Source: Nitrospirota bacterium
GTDB taxonomy: Bacteria > Nitrospirota > UBA9217
Length of the DNA: 64,000 bases
Assembly (NCBI GenBank): GCA_963790205.1
Contig: CAWBNQ010000003.1
Coordinates: forward strand, 960,001-1,024,000
Direction of reading: 5' to 3'
A program made the position numbers and the translations under genes. Position 1 is the stretch's first letter. Each line of letters starts with the position of its first letter. Shown one piece after another: positions 29,924 to 39,046 of the stretch. The notes under the pieces were generated by a model, which was given only the letters and a program-made list of their open reading frames with translations, made no database searches and was not told where the DNA came from.

Positions 29924-30564
29924 TGGGTATTAATTTACCCAACATGGTTCTTGCCGTGGGCGCGGGTCTGGCGAGCGTGTTGTCGCCCTGCGTATTGCCG
30001 GTCGTGCCGGTCATCGTAGCTGGTGCAGACAGAAAGGACCGGCTTCGTCCCTTCTTGATCGTGCTTGGTCTGTCATCGACATTCATGGCCATGGGGGCGA
30101 TCTCATCGTTGTTCGGCGCCTACCTGATCGGCCGCACACGGTACATCGAGATCGCCGGCGACCTGATCATTATTCTCATGGGCGCGATGGTGCTTTTCGA
30201 CATGAGCGTTTTCAAACGCTTCTACCAGCTTTCAAATATTCAGGTGAACGGCAGCGGGCGTTTTAGCGGGCTGGTGCTCGGCATGGCTCTCGGCCTGGTC
30301 TGGGTGCCGTGCATCGGCCCTTTCCTGTCCAGCATCCTTGCCATGGTGGGAACGGATGGAAAAATATCGCAAGGCATCCTCATGCTCGGTTTTTACTCAA
30401 TCGGCCTTGCGATACCTATGCTTTTCGTAGCCTATTCATCACACATGCTCCAAAGCAGGCTTCGGGCGCTTGCACAGCATGATACAGTCCTGCGATACGT
30501 GTCCGGCAGCATTCTCATCGGGTTCGGAGTCTATTCGATCGCCATCGGGAACATCGCCTTTTAA
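29923..30564 (+). CDS. ccdA: CcdA/DsbD-family membrane disulfide transporter
   Basis: SVLSPCVLPVVP and LGLVWVPCIGPFL motifs. Confidence 0.9.
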   Translation: MGINLPNMVLAVGAGLASVLSPCVLPVVPVIVAGADRKDRLRPFLIVLGLSSTFMAMGAISSLFGAYLIGRTRYIEIAGDLIIILMGAMVLFDMSVFKRFYQLSNIQVNGSGRFSGLVLGMALGLVWVPCIGPFLSSILAMVGTDGKISQGILMLGFYSIGLAIPMLFVAYSSHMLQSRLRALAQHDTVLRYVSGSILIGFGVYSIAIGNIAF

Positions 30565-30669
30565 CGGCCTAGGGATCATGAGTCGTTAGGGAATTCCATG
30601 TGTTTACTTTACCCAAAAGCGGATAAGTACCGGCACCAGAAAAAAGAATCCCGGCTAAAGGAGGCAGTT

Positions 30670-31125
30670 ATGAAAACAGCAAGAATTGTCAGCGTGGCAG
30701 TTGCGTTATCAGTGCTTTTTCTCTTTTCGGCCGCCCTTGCGGGCCCCTGGCAAGGCTGGCGAGGGAGCGGGGGGTGGGGGATGGGCTCATCCTACCAGAG
30801 GATGTACAACCCGGCGACGGTGGAGACCGTTTCGGGCGTTGTTGAATCAGTGGACAAAATCACGCCGGTGAAGGGGATGTATTCGGGTATCCATCTCGCG
30901 CTTAAGACCGACAAGGAGACCATAGCCGTTCATCTCGGCCCGGAATGGTACATTGAGCGGCAGGACGTGAAGCTCGAAAAAGGCGACAAGATCGAGGTGA
31001 AGGGATCACGGATAACCTTCGATGGCAAACCGGCCATCATCGCGGCAGAGTGCAAAAAAGGTGACAGCGTTCTTGTCCTGCGGGATAGCGCGGGCGTTCC
31101 CGCATGGGCGGGGTGGAGAAGATAA
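30670..31125 (+). CDS. periplasmic OB-fold protein (MamS/MamX-like domain), copy 1
   Basis: Signal peptide, Gly/Trp-rich linker, YNPATVETVSG.V, VHLGPEWY, GDKIEVKGS and LRD..G.PAW. Confidence 0.75.
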   Translation: MKTARIVSVAVALSVLFLFSAALAGPWQGWRGSGGWGMGSSYQRMYNPATVETVSGVVESVDKITPVKGMYSGIHLALKTDKETIAVHLGPEWYIERQDVKLEKGDKIEVKGSRITFDGKPAIIAAECKKGDSVLVLRDSAGVPAWAGWRR

Positions 31126-31197
31126 ATAATTTAAAAAGGCCCGTTCTAAGCCGGGGCGGGCTCTTTCCTTGACCAAAAGGAACGATGGGGAGTCATT

Positions 31198-31680
31198 ATG
31201 TCTGAGAACGAGAAGGAAGAGCTGGAGGGGTCCTTAACAGGATATAAACAGAAAATCAACCATCTGTCCAAGGCGACACTGTCCTGGGACAAGGAACTGA
31301 TATTCGTCGGCAGGACCCAGGAAGGGTATGAGATAGAGTTTGACGCCCATGTCCAGTGGGGCTGCAAACCGACGGACGGCCTTCTCTTGAGCCTTGCCGG
31401 GTGCATGGGAATCGACGTGGTCATGTTCCTGCAAAAGATGAAAATGGAACTGGAAAGCTTCAAAGTGGACATTATCGGCGAGAGGAACCCCACTCCGCCG
31501 CAATATTTTAAAACAGTTGACCTGGTCCTGCATCTGAAAGGGAAAAACCTCAATCCCAAGAAAGTCGCCCGCGCCGTATCCCTTTCGCACGAAAAATACT
31601 GCTCCGTTTACAACTCACTGCGAAAAGACATGGATGTAAAGGTCTCGTATAACATTACCGATACCGCGTCCGGCAATTAA
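31198..31680 (+). CDS. OsmC family protein
   Basis: KPTDGLLLSLAGCMGIDVV and LSHEKYCSVYNSL. Confidence 0.9.
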   Translation: MSENEKEELEGSLTGYKQKINHLSKATLSWDKELIFVGRTQEGYEIEFDAHVQWGCKPTDGLLLSLAGCMGIDVVMFLQKMKMELESFKVDIIGERNPTPPQYFKTVDLVLHLKGKNLNPKKVARAVSLSHEKYCSVYNSLRKDMDVKVSYNITDTASGN

Positions 31681-31717
31681 TTTTCACGTTCATAACCATG
31701 GAAGGAGAATAATAAAA

Positions 31718-32290
31718 ATGAGAAAAAAATGGCTCATGTTTTCCCTTGTACTTGTCCTGAGCGCGGGTCCCGCAATGGCGGACGATCTTGCGAAATTTCA
31801 GGAAGAGAGCCGCGCTGTTGTTAAAGAAATGGTTTCCAGGCTTGGCGGCGCGCTGCAGAAAGAGATGACGGCAAATGGCCCGGCTGCGGCAATCACGGTA
31901 TGCAAGGACCTTGCCCCGGCAATTACCTCCGATCTTTCCCGCAAGACCGGGCAGCGCATCACGCGGGTTTCCTTAAGGACACGAAATCCCCTGCTTGGCT
32001 CGCCGGACGCATGGGAACAGAAGGTATTGGCTGATTTTGCACGTCGCGCGGAAAAGGAAAATCCCGCAACGATAGAATACGCTGAAATCGTTACGGAACC
32101 TCAAGGCAAGTTTATGCGCTATATGAAAGCGATCCCGATGCAGGATGTCTGCCTCAAGTGTCATGGTTCATTGGAAACCATTGCACCGCAGGTCAAGGAA
32201 CGGCTTGATGCCGAGTATCCGCACGATAAAGCCACCGGCTACGCAATCAATCAAATACGCGGCGCATTCTCAATTAAGAAAGCGATGTAA
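31718..32290 (+). CDS. Tll0287-like (DUF3365) c-type heme protein
   Basis: Signal peptide, AITVC, RVSLRTRNP...PD.WE, RYMKAI, CLKCHG and YPHDKATGY...IRGAFS. Confidence 0.9.
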   Translation: MRKKWLMFSLVLVLSAGPAMADDLAKFQEESRAVVKEMVSRLGGALQKEMTANGPAAAITVCKDLAPAITSDLSRKTGQRITRVSLRTRNPLLGSPDAWEQKVLADFARRAEKENPATIEYAEIVTEPQGKFMRYMKAIPMQDVCLKCHGSLETIAPQVKERLDAEYPHDKATGYAINQIRGAFSIKKAM

Positions 32291-32324
32291 AGCATGTTGC
32301 CTGTATTGTAGTTTATCAATAAAC

Positions 32325-32363
32325 AACGGCCGCTGCCTCCAATAGGATTCAGCGGCCGTTTTC
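32325..32363 (+). terminator. probable terminator hairpin
   Basis: AACGGCCGCTG ... CAGCGGCCGTT followed by TT. Confidence 0.55.
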
Positions 32364-32469
32364 ATGCAAATAAAGAAGCGCCGCGTACATCATCAAGCCT
32401 TGCCTCTCCTGACGCAGACAATAAAATAAAAATATTTATATGTATATTGTAAAAAACTAAATAAAAACC

Positions 32470-32515
32470 TTGACAGGGCAGCTATCATTATATAATATAT
32501 AAATATATATTTATA
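32470..32515 (+). promoter_or_regulatory. ars cluster promoter with candidate ArsR operator
   Basis: TTGACA at 32470-32475, AT-rich -10 region, perfect 18-bp palindrome TATAAATATATATTTATA (32498-32515). Confidence 0.6.
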
Positions 32516-32531
32516 CGATGAGGAGGTCGCC

Positions 32532-33479
32532 GTGCTTAAGGAATTCGCCGACTACATTACCTATACACTCCTGAAACTGGAACCGACCAGCCATTTGGGG
32601 GACGCCCTCAATTTCTTTATCTACGATACCCTTAAGATATTCCTGCTGCTCACCACCATTGTATATGTAGTGGCGATCATCCGGGCATACTTCCCGCCTG
32701 AAAAAACCAAGCGGATACTGTCGCACAAGCGTTTATACATCGGTAATATCATGGCTGCCTTGCTTGGTATCGTCACACCGTTTTGTTCCTGTTCCGCAGT
32801 CCCGCTCTTCATCGGCTTCGTAGAAGCCGGAGTGCCTCTCGGCGTTACCTTCTCTTTCCTCATCTCCTCGCCCATGGTAAACGAAATTGCCTTGATCATG
32901 CTGTGGGGCCTCTTTGGCTGGAAGATCGCCTTGGTCTACACCGGCACCGGGGTCGTCCTGGCGATCCTGTCCGGTATCGTCATCGGCAAACTCAAGATGG
33001 AAAAGTATGTCCAGGACTATGTCTGGGAAATAAAGGCGGGAACAGGGGAGATCGTGGAAACGAACTTCCGCGAGAAACTCATTTATGCGCGTGACTATAC
33101 AACGGAGCTTTTGAAGAGGATCTGGCCGTATGTGATCATCGGTATTGCGCTGGGCGGCATTGTTCACGGCTACATCCCTACCGATTTCGTGGTCAAATAT
33201 GCGGGACGCGACAACCCCTTCGCCGTACTGGTCGCTGTTTTGATCGGCGTCCCGCTTTACAGCAACGCTGCCGGCATGATTCCTGTCGTACAGGCCCTTG
33301 TGGGAAAAGGAATGGCCATGGGCACGGTGCTTGCCTTTATGATGTCGGTTACCGCGATATCATTTCCCGAGGCGGTTATTCTCAAGAATGTACTGAAGAT
33401 GCGTCTCATCTATACTTTCTTCGGGATTGTGGCAGTGGGCATTATTATTGTTGGCTATCTGTTTAACGCAATTTTATAG
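32532..33479 (+). CDS. arsP: ArsP/DUF318 family permease
   Basis: FFIYDTLKI, TPFCSCSAVPLFIG, FLISSPMVNE, GVPLYSNAAG and GTVLAFMMSV; ars context. Confidence 0.85.
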   Translation: MLKEFADYITYTLLKLEPTSHLGDALNFFIYDTLKIFLLLTTIVYVVAIIRAYFPPEKTKRILSHKRLYIGNIMAALLGIVTPFCSCSAVPLFIGFVEAGVPLGVTFSFLISSPMVNEIALIMLWGLFGWKIALVYTGTGVVLAILSGIVIGKLKMEKYVQDYVWEIKAGTGEIVETNFREKLIYARDYTTELLKRIWPYVIIGIALGGIVHGYIPTDFVVKYAGRDNPFAVLVAVLIGVPLYSNAAGMIPVVQALVGKGMAMGTVLAFMMSVTAISFPEAVILKNVLKMRLIYTFFGIVAVGIIIVGYLFNAIL

Positions 33480-33491
33480 GAGGATTCAGTG

Positions 33492-33734
33492 ATGGAAATC
33501 AAAGTGCTCGGACCCGGTTGCGCGAATTGTGTCAAGATGGAGGACCTGGCGAAGACCGCCGTGAAAGAACTCGGTATCGAAGCAAAGATCGAGAAGATCA
33601 CGGACCTCGGCCAGATCGCCAGGCACGGCATTCTATCAACGCCGGGTCTTATTGTGAACGGCAAGATCAAACATTCCGGAAAGCCGTTGCCCAGCCTGGA
33701 CAAAGTAAAAGAGTTGATCAAAGGCGAAGCGTAG
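33492..33734 (+). CDS. small redox-active disulfide protein (MTH895-like thioredoxin family)
   Basis: MEIKVLGPGCANC and GILSTPGLIVNGK. Confidence 0.92.
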   Translation: MEIKVLGPGCANCVKMEDLAKTAVKELGIEAKIEKITDLGQIARHGILSTPGLIVNGKIKHSGKPLPSLDKVKELIKGEA

Positions 33735-33743
33735 GAGAAAACT

Positions 33744-34118
33744 ATGAACGATCTGGTGACGATATTCAAGGCACTTTCCGACGAAACCAGGCTCAGGATC
33801 ATCAAGCTTCTGGAAGAAGGCGAGCTGTGCGTGTGCGACATCACCGCTGCGCTCGATATGGTGCAGCCGAAAGTGTCCTTTCATCTCAGCGCCCTGAAGG
33901 AAGCGGGGCTCATCAAGGACCGTAAATCGGGTAAATGGATACATTACAGCCTGAATGAAAAAGATCTATTCAGGCGAATGCTGATCCTGTCCGCCTGCGA
34001 GCGGATGCAAGACGGCGCGGTATCGGGAGACAGAAAACGGTTAACTGCCTTTCTGGGGAGCAAGGAATCCGGAGGCAAGGTCGTTACGCTGAAGAGCAAG
34101 TCCCGGTGCTGTGGGTAA
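33744..34118 (+). CDS. arsR: ArsR family As(III)-responsive repressor
   Basis: FKALSDETRLRI, ELCVCDI, QPKVSFHL..LKEAGLI and C-terminal CC. Confidence 0.92.
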   Translation: MNDLVTIFKALSDETRLRIIKLLEEGELCVCDITAALDMVQPKVSFHLSALKEAGLIKDRKSGKWIHYSLNEKDLFRRMLILSACERMQDGAVSGDRKRLTAFLGSKESGGKVVTLKSKSRCCG

Positions 34119-34160
34119 CCGAATACCACGCAGAAACTTTGTAAAAGGGGGAGGTAGCCA

Positions 34161-35237
34161 ATGGGTGAAAACACAGGGAAAAAGCTTTCGTTTATGGACC
34201 GGTTTCTTACGCTCTGGATCTTCGCGGCAATGGCTTTCGGTGTCGGCCTCGGGTATTTCATCCAGGGCACCGAAGCCTTTATCAACAGCTTCCAGGTCGG
34301 AACGACCAATATCCCGATTGCCGTTGGGCTCATCCTCATGATGTACCCGCCGCTGGCCAAGGTCAAGTATGAGGAACTCGGCGAGGTCTTCCGGAACAAA
34401 AAGGTCCTGGGCCTCTCGCTCGTCCAGAATTGGGTTATCGGCCCCATTCTGATGTTCGCGCTCGCGATCATCTTTCTCCGGTCCTATCCCGAATACATGG
34501 TCGGTCTCATCATGATCGGCCTTGCCCGGTGCATCGCGATGGTGATCGTCTGGAACGACCTTGCCTGCGGCGATCCCGAGTACGCCGCCGGTCTCGTGGC
34601 GTTCAACTCTATTTTCCAGGTTCTTTTCTTTTCCATCTATGCCTATATCTTCATAACCGTGCTCCCTGTCTGGTTCGGACTTAAGGGGGTTGTCGTCCAT
34701 GTGACGATAGGCCAGATCGCCGAAAGCGTGTTCATCTACTTGGGCATACCTTTTATAGCAGGCATGCTGACCCGTTTCGTACTCATCAAGATCAAGGACC
34801 GCCAGTGGTACGAGTCGGTCTTCATCCCGAAGATCAGCCCGATCACGCTCATCTCGCTCCTGTTCACCATCATCGTTATGTTCTCGCTCAAGGGCAACTA
34901 TATCGTCAGGCTTCCCCTTGATGTGCTGCGCATCGCCGTCCCGCTGCTGATCTATTTCGTGGTCATGTTCCTGGTGTCGTTCTATCTCGGGAAGAAGATC
35001 GGGGCGGATTATCCGAAGACCGCGACGCTTTCTTTTACTGCCGCGAGCAATAACTTTGAACTGGCAATTGCCGTGGCAGTGGCCGTTTTCGGAATCAATT
35101 CAGGAGCCGCCTTCGCGGCAGTCATCGGGCCGCTGGTAGAGGTTCCGGTGCTGATCGGGCTCGTGAACGTGTCACGATATTTTCAGAGGAGATATTTTTC
35201 TGTCGAGTATTGCCGGGTAACCAAGACGGCACAGTAA
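34161..35237 (+). CDS. acr3: Acr3 arsenite efflux transporter
   Basis: [43 protein letters not shown] and GPLVEVPVL. Confidence 0.96.
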   Translation: MGENTGKKLSFMDRFLTLWIFAAMAFGVGLGYFIQGTEAFINSFQVGTTNIPIAVGLILMMYPPLAKVKYEELGEVFRNKKVLGLSLVQNWVIGPILMFALAIIFLRSYPEYMVGLIMIGLARCIAMVIVWNDLACGDPEYAAGLVAFNSIFQVLFFSIYAYIFITVLPVWFGLKGVVVHVTIGQIAESVFIYLGIPFIAGMLTRFVLIKIKDRQWYESVFIPKISPITLISLLFTIIVMFSLKGNYIVRLPLDVLRIAVPLLIYFVVMFLVSFYLGKKIGADYPKTATLSFTAASNNFELAIAVAVAVFGINSGAAFAAVIGPLVEVPVLIGLVNVSRYFQRRYFSVEYCRVTKTAQ

Positions 35238-35262
35238 TCATAGTAATCAAGGAGGATCAGGC

Positions 35263-35643
35263 ATGAAAATATTGAAAACAACCTTGACGACATTCATAGG
35301 GATACTGCTTCTGGCCGGCTACAGCCAGGCGAGCGACGTTGACAACGTGCTTGCCCAGGCAAAAAAGGACGGCAAGGTCGTTATGCTGGAGCTTGGCTCC
35401 GTGGGCTGCATCCCCTGCGAGCAGATGAAGCCGGTGATGGATAAGCTCAGGTCCGGCTACAAAGACAAGCTGGAAGTCTATTTCGTCGACCTAAGAAAGG
35501 ACAATGCAACCGGTAGGCGTTTCGGCGTGTACGTAATCCCGACGCAGGTCTTCCTGGACCAGAACGGCAAGGAATTCCACCGACACGTCGGGTTCTATGC
35601 CTATGATGAGATTACGCCGGTATTAAAGAAGGCGGGATTGTAG
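35263..35643 (+). CDS. exported thioredoxin family protein
   Basis: Signal peptide, ELGSVGCIPCEQM and IPTQVFLD.NGKE..RHVG. Confidence 0.9.
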   Translation: MKILKTTLTTFIGILLLAGYSQASDVDNVLAQAKKDGKVVMLELGSVGCIPCEQMKPVMDKLRSGYKDKLEVYFVDLRKDNATGRRFGVYVIPTQVFLDQNGKEFHRHVGFYAYDEITPVLKKAGL

Positions 35644-35664
35644 CAGAGATGCGAGGTGTCTGCA

Positions 35665-35889
35665 ATGGCGAATCAAATATGCTGCTGTTTCGGTTACACC
35701 GATGAAGACATCATCAGGGATGTACAGGGCAATAAGGGCGTCTCGACCATTCTGGAAAGAATCGTGAACGAGAAGAAAAAGGGCGGGTGCAACTGCGGGA
35801 CCAATCATCCGCTCGGGCGGTGATGCATGGCTGATGTCCGCCGGGTCGTGGACAAGGCAAAAGAGCAGCTCGGGACTATCGGAGGATAA
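35665..35889 (+). CDS. probable selenoprotein: BFD-like (2Fe-2S) / CopZ-associated Cys-rich metallochaperone-like domain, 74 aa with Sec53
   Basis: Not in ORF track. RBS GAGGTG, ATG 35665: MANQICCCFGYTDEDIIRDVQGNKGVSTILERIVNEKKKGGCNCGTNHPLGR-[TGA 35821]-CMADVRRVVDKAKEQLGTIGG-TAA. Read-through fills the gap to the next gene; hairpin follows the TGA. Confidence 0.8.
35835..35854 (+). other. candidate bacterial SECIS hairpin
   Basis: TGTCCGC-CGGGTC-GTGGACA (7-bp stem with one G-U pair, G-rich loop) beginning 11 nt after the in-frame TGA. Confidence 0.65.
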
Positions 35890-35901
35890 GAGGCGAACAC
35901 C

Positions 35902-36617
35902 ATGAAATTCGCTGTACTCGGAGACATACACGGCAATATCGAGGCGCTCACTTCCGCTTATTCCGCCGTCCAGCTCCTGAAGCCGGACAAAGTGTATCAT
36001 CTCGGCGACCTCGGAGGCTACTCACCGTTCGTAAATGAGGTAGTGGCTTTTCTCATCGAGCATAACATCGAGGGCGTTCAAGGGAATTACGACGAGACCG
36101 TCGCGAATGACCGGGAGCACTGCGGGTGCAAATACGAAGACCCGGTCCAGGAAGAGATGGCGAACAAGTCTTTTGAGTGGACGAAGAAGCATGCTTCCCC
36201 GGAGACGAAAGAGTACCTGAGAAAGCTTCCGTTCTCGATATCGTTCGCTGTGGAGGGGAAAAAGGTGCTGCTGTTCCATGCCACGCCTTCGAAGAACAAC
36301 TTGTATTGGTTCGAGGACCGGCCGGATAAGTTCTTTCGGGAAATGGCGGCGAAGACCGACGCCGATGTGATGATCTACGGACATACGCACAAACCGTATT
36401 GGAAGGATTTTGGCGGCACGGTCTTCGTCAATGCCGGAAGCGTGGGCAAATCAAAGACGGGAATCCGAGGGCTTGTGTGCCCCTGATCACTATAATAGCG
36501 GACAAGGTGAATGTCGAGTTTCTTCGGGTCCCTTACGATGTACAAAAGACGGCTGACGCTATTATTGCGAGCGGGCTGCCGGGGTATTTTGCGGACAGGC
36601 TGAAAGAGGCCAGATAG
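35902..36617 (+). pseudogene. metallophosphoesterase family protein with a single frameshift near 36451
   Basis: GDIHGN, HLGDLGGY, QGNYD, HCGC, YGHTH and NAGSVGK in ORF 35902-36486; expected continuation KDGNPRA...VEFLRVPYDV...A.AI..SGLP..FA.RL lies in ORF 36399-36617. Confidence 0.8.
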
Positions 36618-36621
36618 AGGC

Positions 36622-37311
36622 ATGGAATCCCTGTTCAACAACATTCAGCACATCATCCAGCACCGGCAGGGGATGGCGTTCCTCGCCGTCTTCGTAGCCG
36701 GGCTCATTTCCGCCGCCAGCCCCTGTGTGCTTGCGGCCATTCCGCTCATCATCGGCTATGTGGGAGGTTACTCGGAAGGGAACAAGAAAAAAGCGGCCCT
36801 CTATTCGCTCGTCTTCATTCTCGGTCTTTCCATCACCTTTACGCTTCTCGGCGCAGCTGCATCGCTCATGGGCGGATTACTCGGCTTCATGGGCAGGTGG
36901 CTCTACATTGCGCTTGCGGTCATCGCTGTGATCATGGGTCTTCAACTCATGGGCGTCCTCTCAATTCCGCTGCCGTTTCAGAAGATCAGGATGGTCAAGA
37001 GCAAGGGGCTATGGGGTGCCTTCTTCCTCGGGCTTCTGACCGGCACGGTCTCTTCCCCCTGCGCCACGCCGGTTCTGGCCGTGATCCTTGCTTATGTATC
37101 CACCCAGGGCGATATCCTGTACGGCGGGTCGCTGCTCTTTGCGTATGCTGTGGGACATTGCGCGTTGATTTTCATCGCCGGTCTTTCCATCGGTCTCACG
37201 GAGAGCATTGTAAGTTCGAAAGGTATCAAGAATTTCTCTCTCTATTCGAAACGGTTCAGCGGCGTATTGCTGACGTTGGCCGGGCTGTATATCGGCATAG
37301 TAAACTTTTGA
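36622..37311 (+). CDS. CcdA/DsbD-family membrane disulfide transporter, second copy
   Basis: ASPCVLAAIPLIIGYV and SSPCATPVL motifs. Confidence 0.9.
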   Translation: MESLFNNIQHIIQHRQGMAFLAVFVAGLISAASPCVLAAIPLIIGYVGGYSEGNKKKAALYSLVFILGLSITFTLLGAAASLMGGLLGFMGRWLYIALAVIAVIMGLQLMGVLSIPLPFQKIRMVKSKGLWGAFFLGLLTGTVSSPCATPVLAVILAYVSTQGDILYGGSLLFAYAVGHCALIFIAGLSIGLTESIVSSKGIKNFSLYSKRFSGVLLTLAGLYIGIVNF

Positions 37312-37457
37312 GGACGCAATTATGCGGCAACGAAAAGTAAGAATTAAAAAACGTTTCTCCGTCATTTGCCACTGCTGGTGGAACGGCTGGTAACTCGGTT
37401 GAGGTAATGGAGTTCAATGTTCGACGTAAAACCAACTCATCACAACGGAGGTCCGCC

Positions 37458-38066
37458 ATGAAAGAATTTAATGAGTATTTTGACACCGCACTGAAGTTTC
37501 ACGGCCATAAGTGTCCGGCCATGCCCATGGGTCTGAGGGCCGGTCTCGCTGCCATGAAGGTGCTCGGCGTTGAAAGGTCGCAAGACAAGGAACTCTTCGT
37601 GGAAGCGGAAACAGGCAAAGGACATGCCGCCGGATGTTTCCTGGACGGGATCATGACCGCCACCGGCTGCACCTACGGAAAGGCGAACATCCAGAAGCTC
37701 TATTACAACAAAATGGCCTTCACGCTCATAGACGCCAAGAGCGGCAAGGCGGTCCGGGTCTCTCTGAAGCCTGAATTCTTTGAAAAGGCCCTCAATTCGC
37801 CCTTTGTACAGGAGAGGAAAAAAGGCGTGCCGCCTCAGGATATTCCCGCATCGATTACGGACCCTCTCGTCGATCGGATATTGGGACTTTCTGAAACCGA
37901 CTTCCTGAATATCAGCGACGTGTTCCATAAAGACCAGAAGAAGGGATCTTCGAATTTCGAGATCAAACGCTGCGCGAAATGCGGAGAGGCGGTGTTCACC
38001 GATAAACTGACAAAGGCTCCTGACGGACGGCTTCTTTGCATCCCCTGCGCTGAACACGGGAAATAG
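37458..38066 (+). CDS. FmdE family protein with C-terminal Zn finger
   Basis: FHGHKCP...[20 protein letters not shown] and CAKCGE...CIPC. Confidence 0.9.
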   Translation: MKEFNEYFDTALKFHGHKCPAMPMGLRAGLAAMKVLGVERSQDKELFVEAETGKGHAAGCFLDGIMTATGCTYGKANIQKLYYNKMAFTLIDAKSGKAVRVSLKPEFFEKALNSPFVQERKKGVPPQDIPASITDPLVDRILGLSETDFLNISDVFHKDQKKGSSNFEIKRCAKCGEAVFTDKLTKAPDGRLLCIPCAEHGK

Positions 38067-38229
38067 GAAGCCTGTCGTACCCGTCGCGCAGAAAGCCAAA
38101 CTTACAGCAGAGGTCGCAGAGAACGGAGACTTTCTCTGTTCCTGAGAGGATCTTTTTCTCTGCGCTCTTTGCCTTCCTTGATGTGGTCAGTTCTGCGCGA
38201 GTACGATACGGCAAAAAAGGAGACCTGTC

Positions 38230-38982
38230 ATGCTTACCATCAATGCAGCCGCGGCCGCCCTCGTCTTTGTCTTCACCACGTTTCTGACCATTGCGGGCGT
38301 AGGCGCGGCCTTCATAGTGATCCCAACGTTCTACTGGCTCGGGGTACCGCTTACCGAGGCCATGGCCATCGGCCTGCTCTTGAACGCCATCAGCATGACC
38401 TTTGCTTCGGCCAACTATATCCGCTACAAACTTGTCGTGTTCCGAACGGCCGTACCCATCATCGTGCTTGCCATCGTCTTTTCTCCCCTGGGCGCGTACT
38501 CGACGCGGTATTTTCCTAAGAACGTTCTTATTCTGCTCTTCGTGCTCTTTCTCGTATTCGCTGCATCAATGATGCTTTTTTACAAGCCGAAGAAGAGAAC
38601 GGATGGCCAGGGAGACAGCGGGAAGGAACTCAAGACCGGCATTGGTCTGGGCATCGGGGCTGGGTATCTGGGCGGCCTCCTGGGTGTCGGCGGTGGGAAC
38701 TTCATCGTTCCGGCCCTCGTCTGGCTCGGATTCGATCCTAAAAAAGCATCCGCTACTACTGCCTTCATCGTTGTCTTCTCCTCGCTCTCGGGCTTCTTCG
38801 GCCATGCGGCCACAGAGTCCGTTAACTGGAGCCTTCTGGCGTTTGCAGCAATCGGCTCGGTCGCGGGGGCGATCCTGGGCTCATGGCTCATGCACAAGAA
38901 GCTTAATGCAAATCAGGTGAAGAAGATCATCGGTGTCGTGCTCTATGCCATAGCAGCAAAGATGGCGTGGGGATTGCTGTAA
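38230..38982 (+). CDS. TauE/SafE family sulfite exporter-like permease
   Basis: AGVGAAFIVIP and GGLLGVGGGNFIVP...KKA.ATT repeats, about 8 TM segments. Confidence 0.88.
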   Translation: MLTINAAAAALVFVFTTFLTIAGVGAAFIVIPTFYWLGVPLTEAMAIGLLLNAISMTFASANYIRYKLVVFRTAVPIIVLAIVFSPLGAYSTRYFPKNVLILLFVLFLVFAASMMLFYKPKKRTDGQGDSGKELKTGIGLGIGAGYLGGLLGVGGGNFIVPALVWLGFDPKKASATTAFIVVFSSLSGFFGHAATESVNWSLLAFAAIGSVAGAILGSWLMHKKLNANQVKKIIGVVLYAIAAKMAWGLL

Positions 38983-39046
38983 ACACATTCAGGCGAAAGG
39001 CGTCAGACATTTTCCGCACAGCGCAACGGACTAACGAGGTGTTTCT

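Noticed and set aside
30670..31125. Magnetosome island
   Set aside because: No recognisable mamA, mamK, mamE, mamP or mamQ; the CDF looks ZitB/CzcD-like.
36478..36495. C-P-TGA at the end of ORF 35902-36486 as a second Sec site
   Set aside because: A TAA follows two codons later and the family sequence continues in another frame, so it is a frameshift by-product.
37458..38066. Formylmethanofuran dehydrogenase / methanogenesis
   Set aside because: Stand-alone FmdE-like proteins are widespread in bacteria; no other fmd/fwd subunits present.
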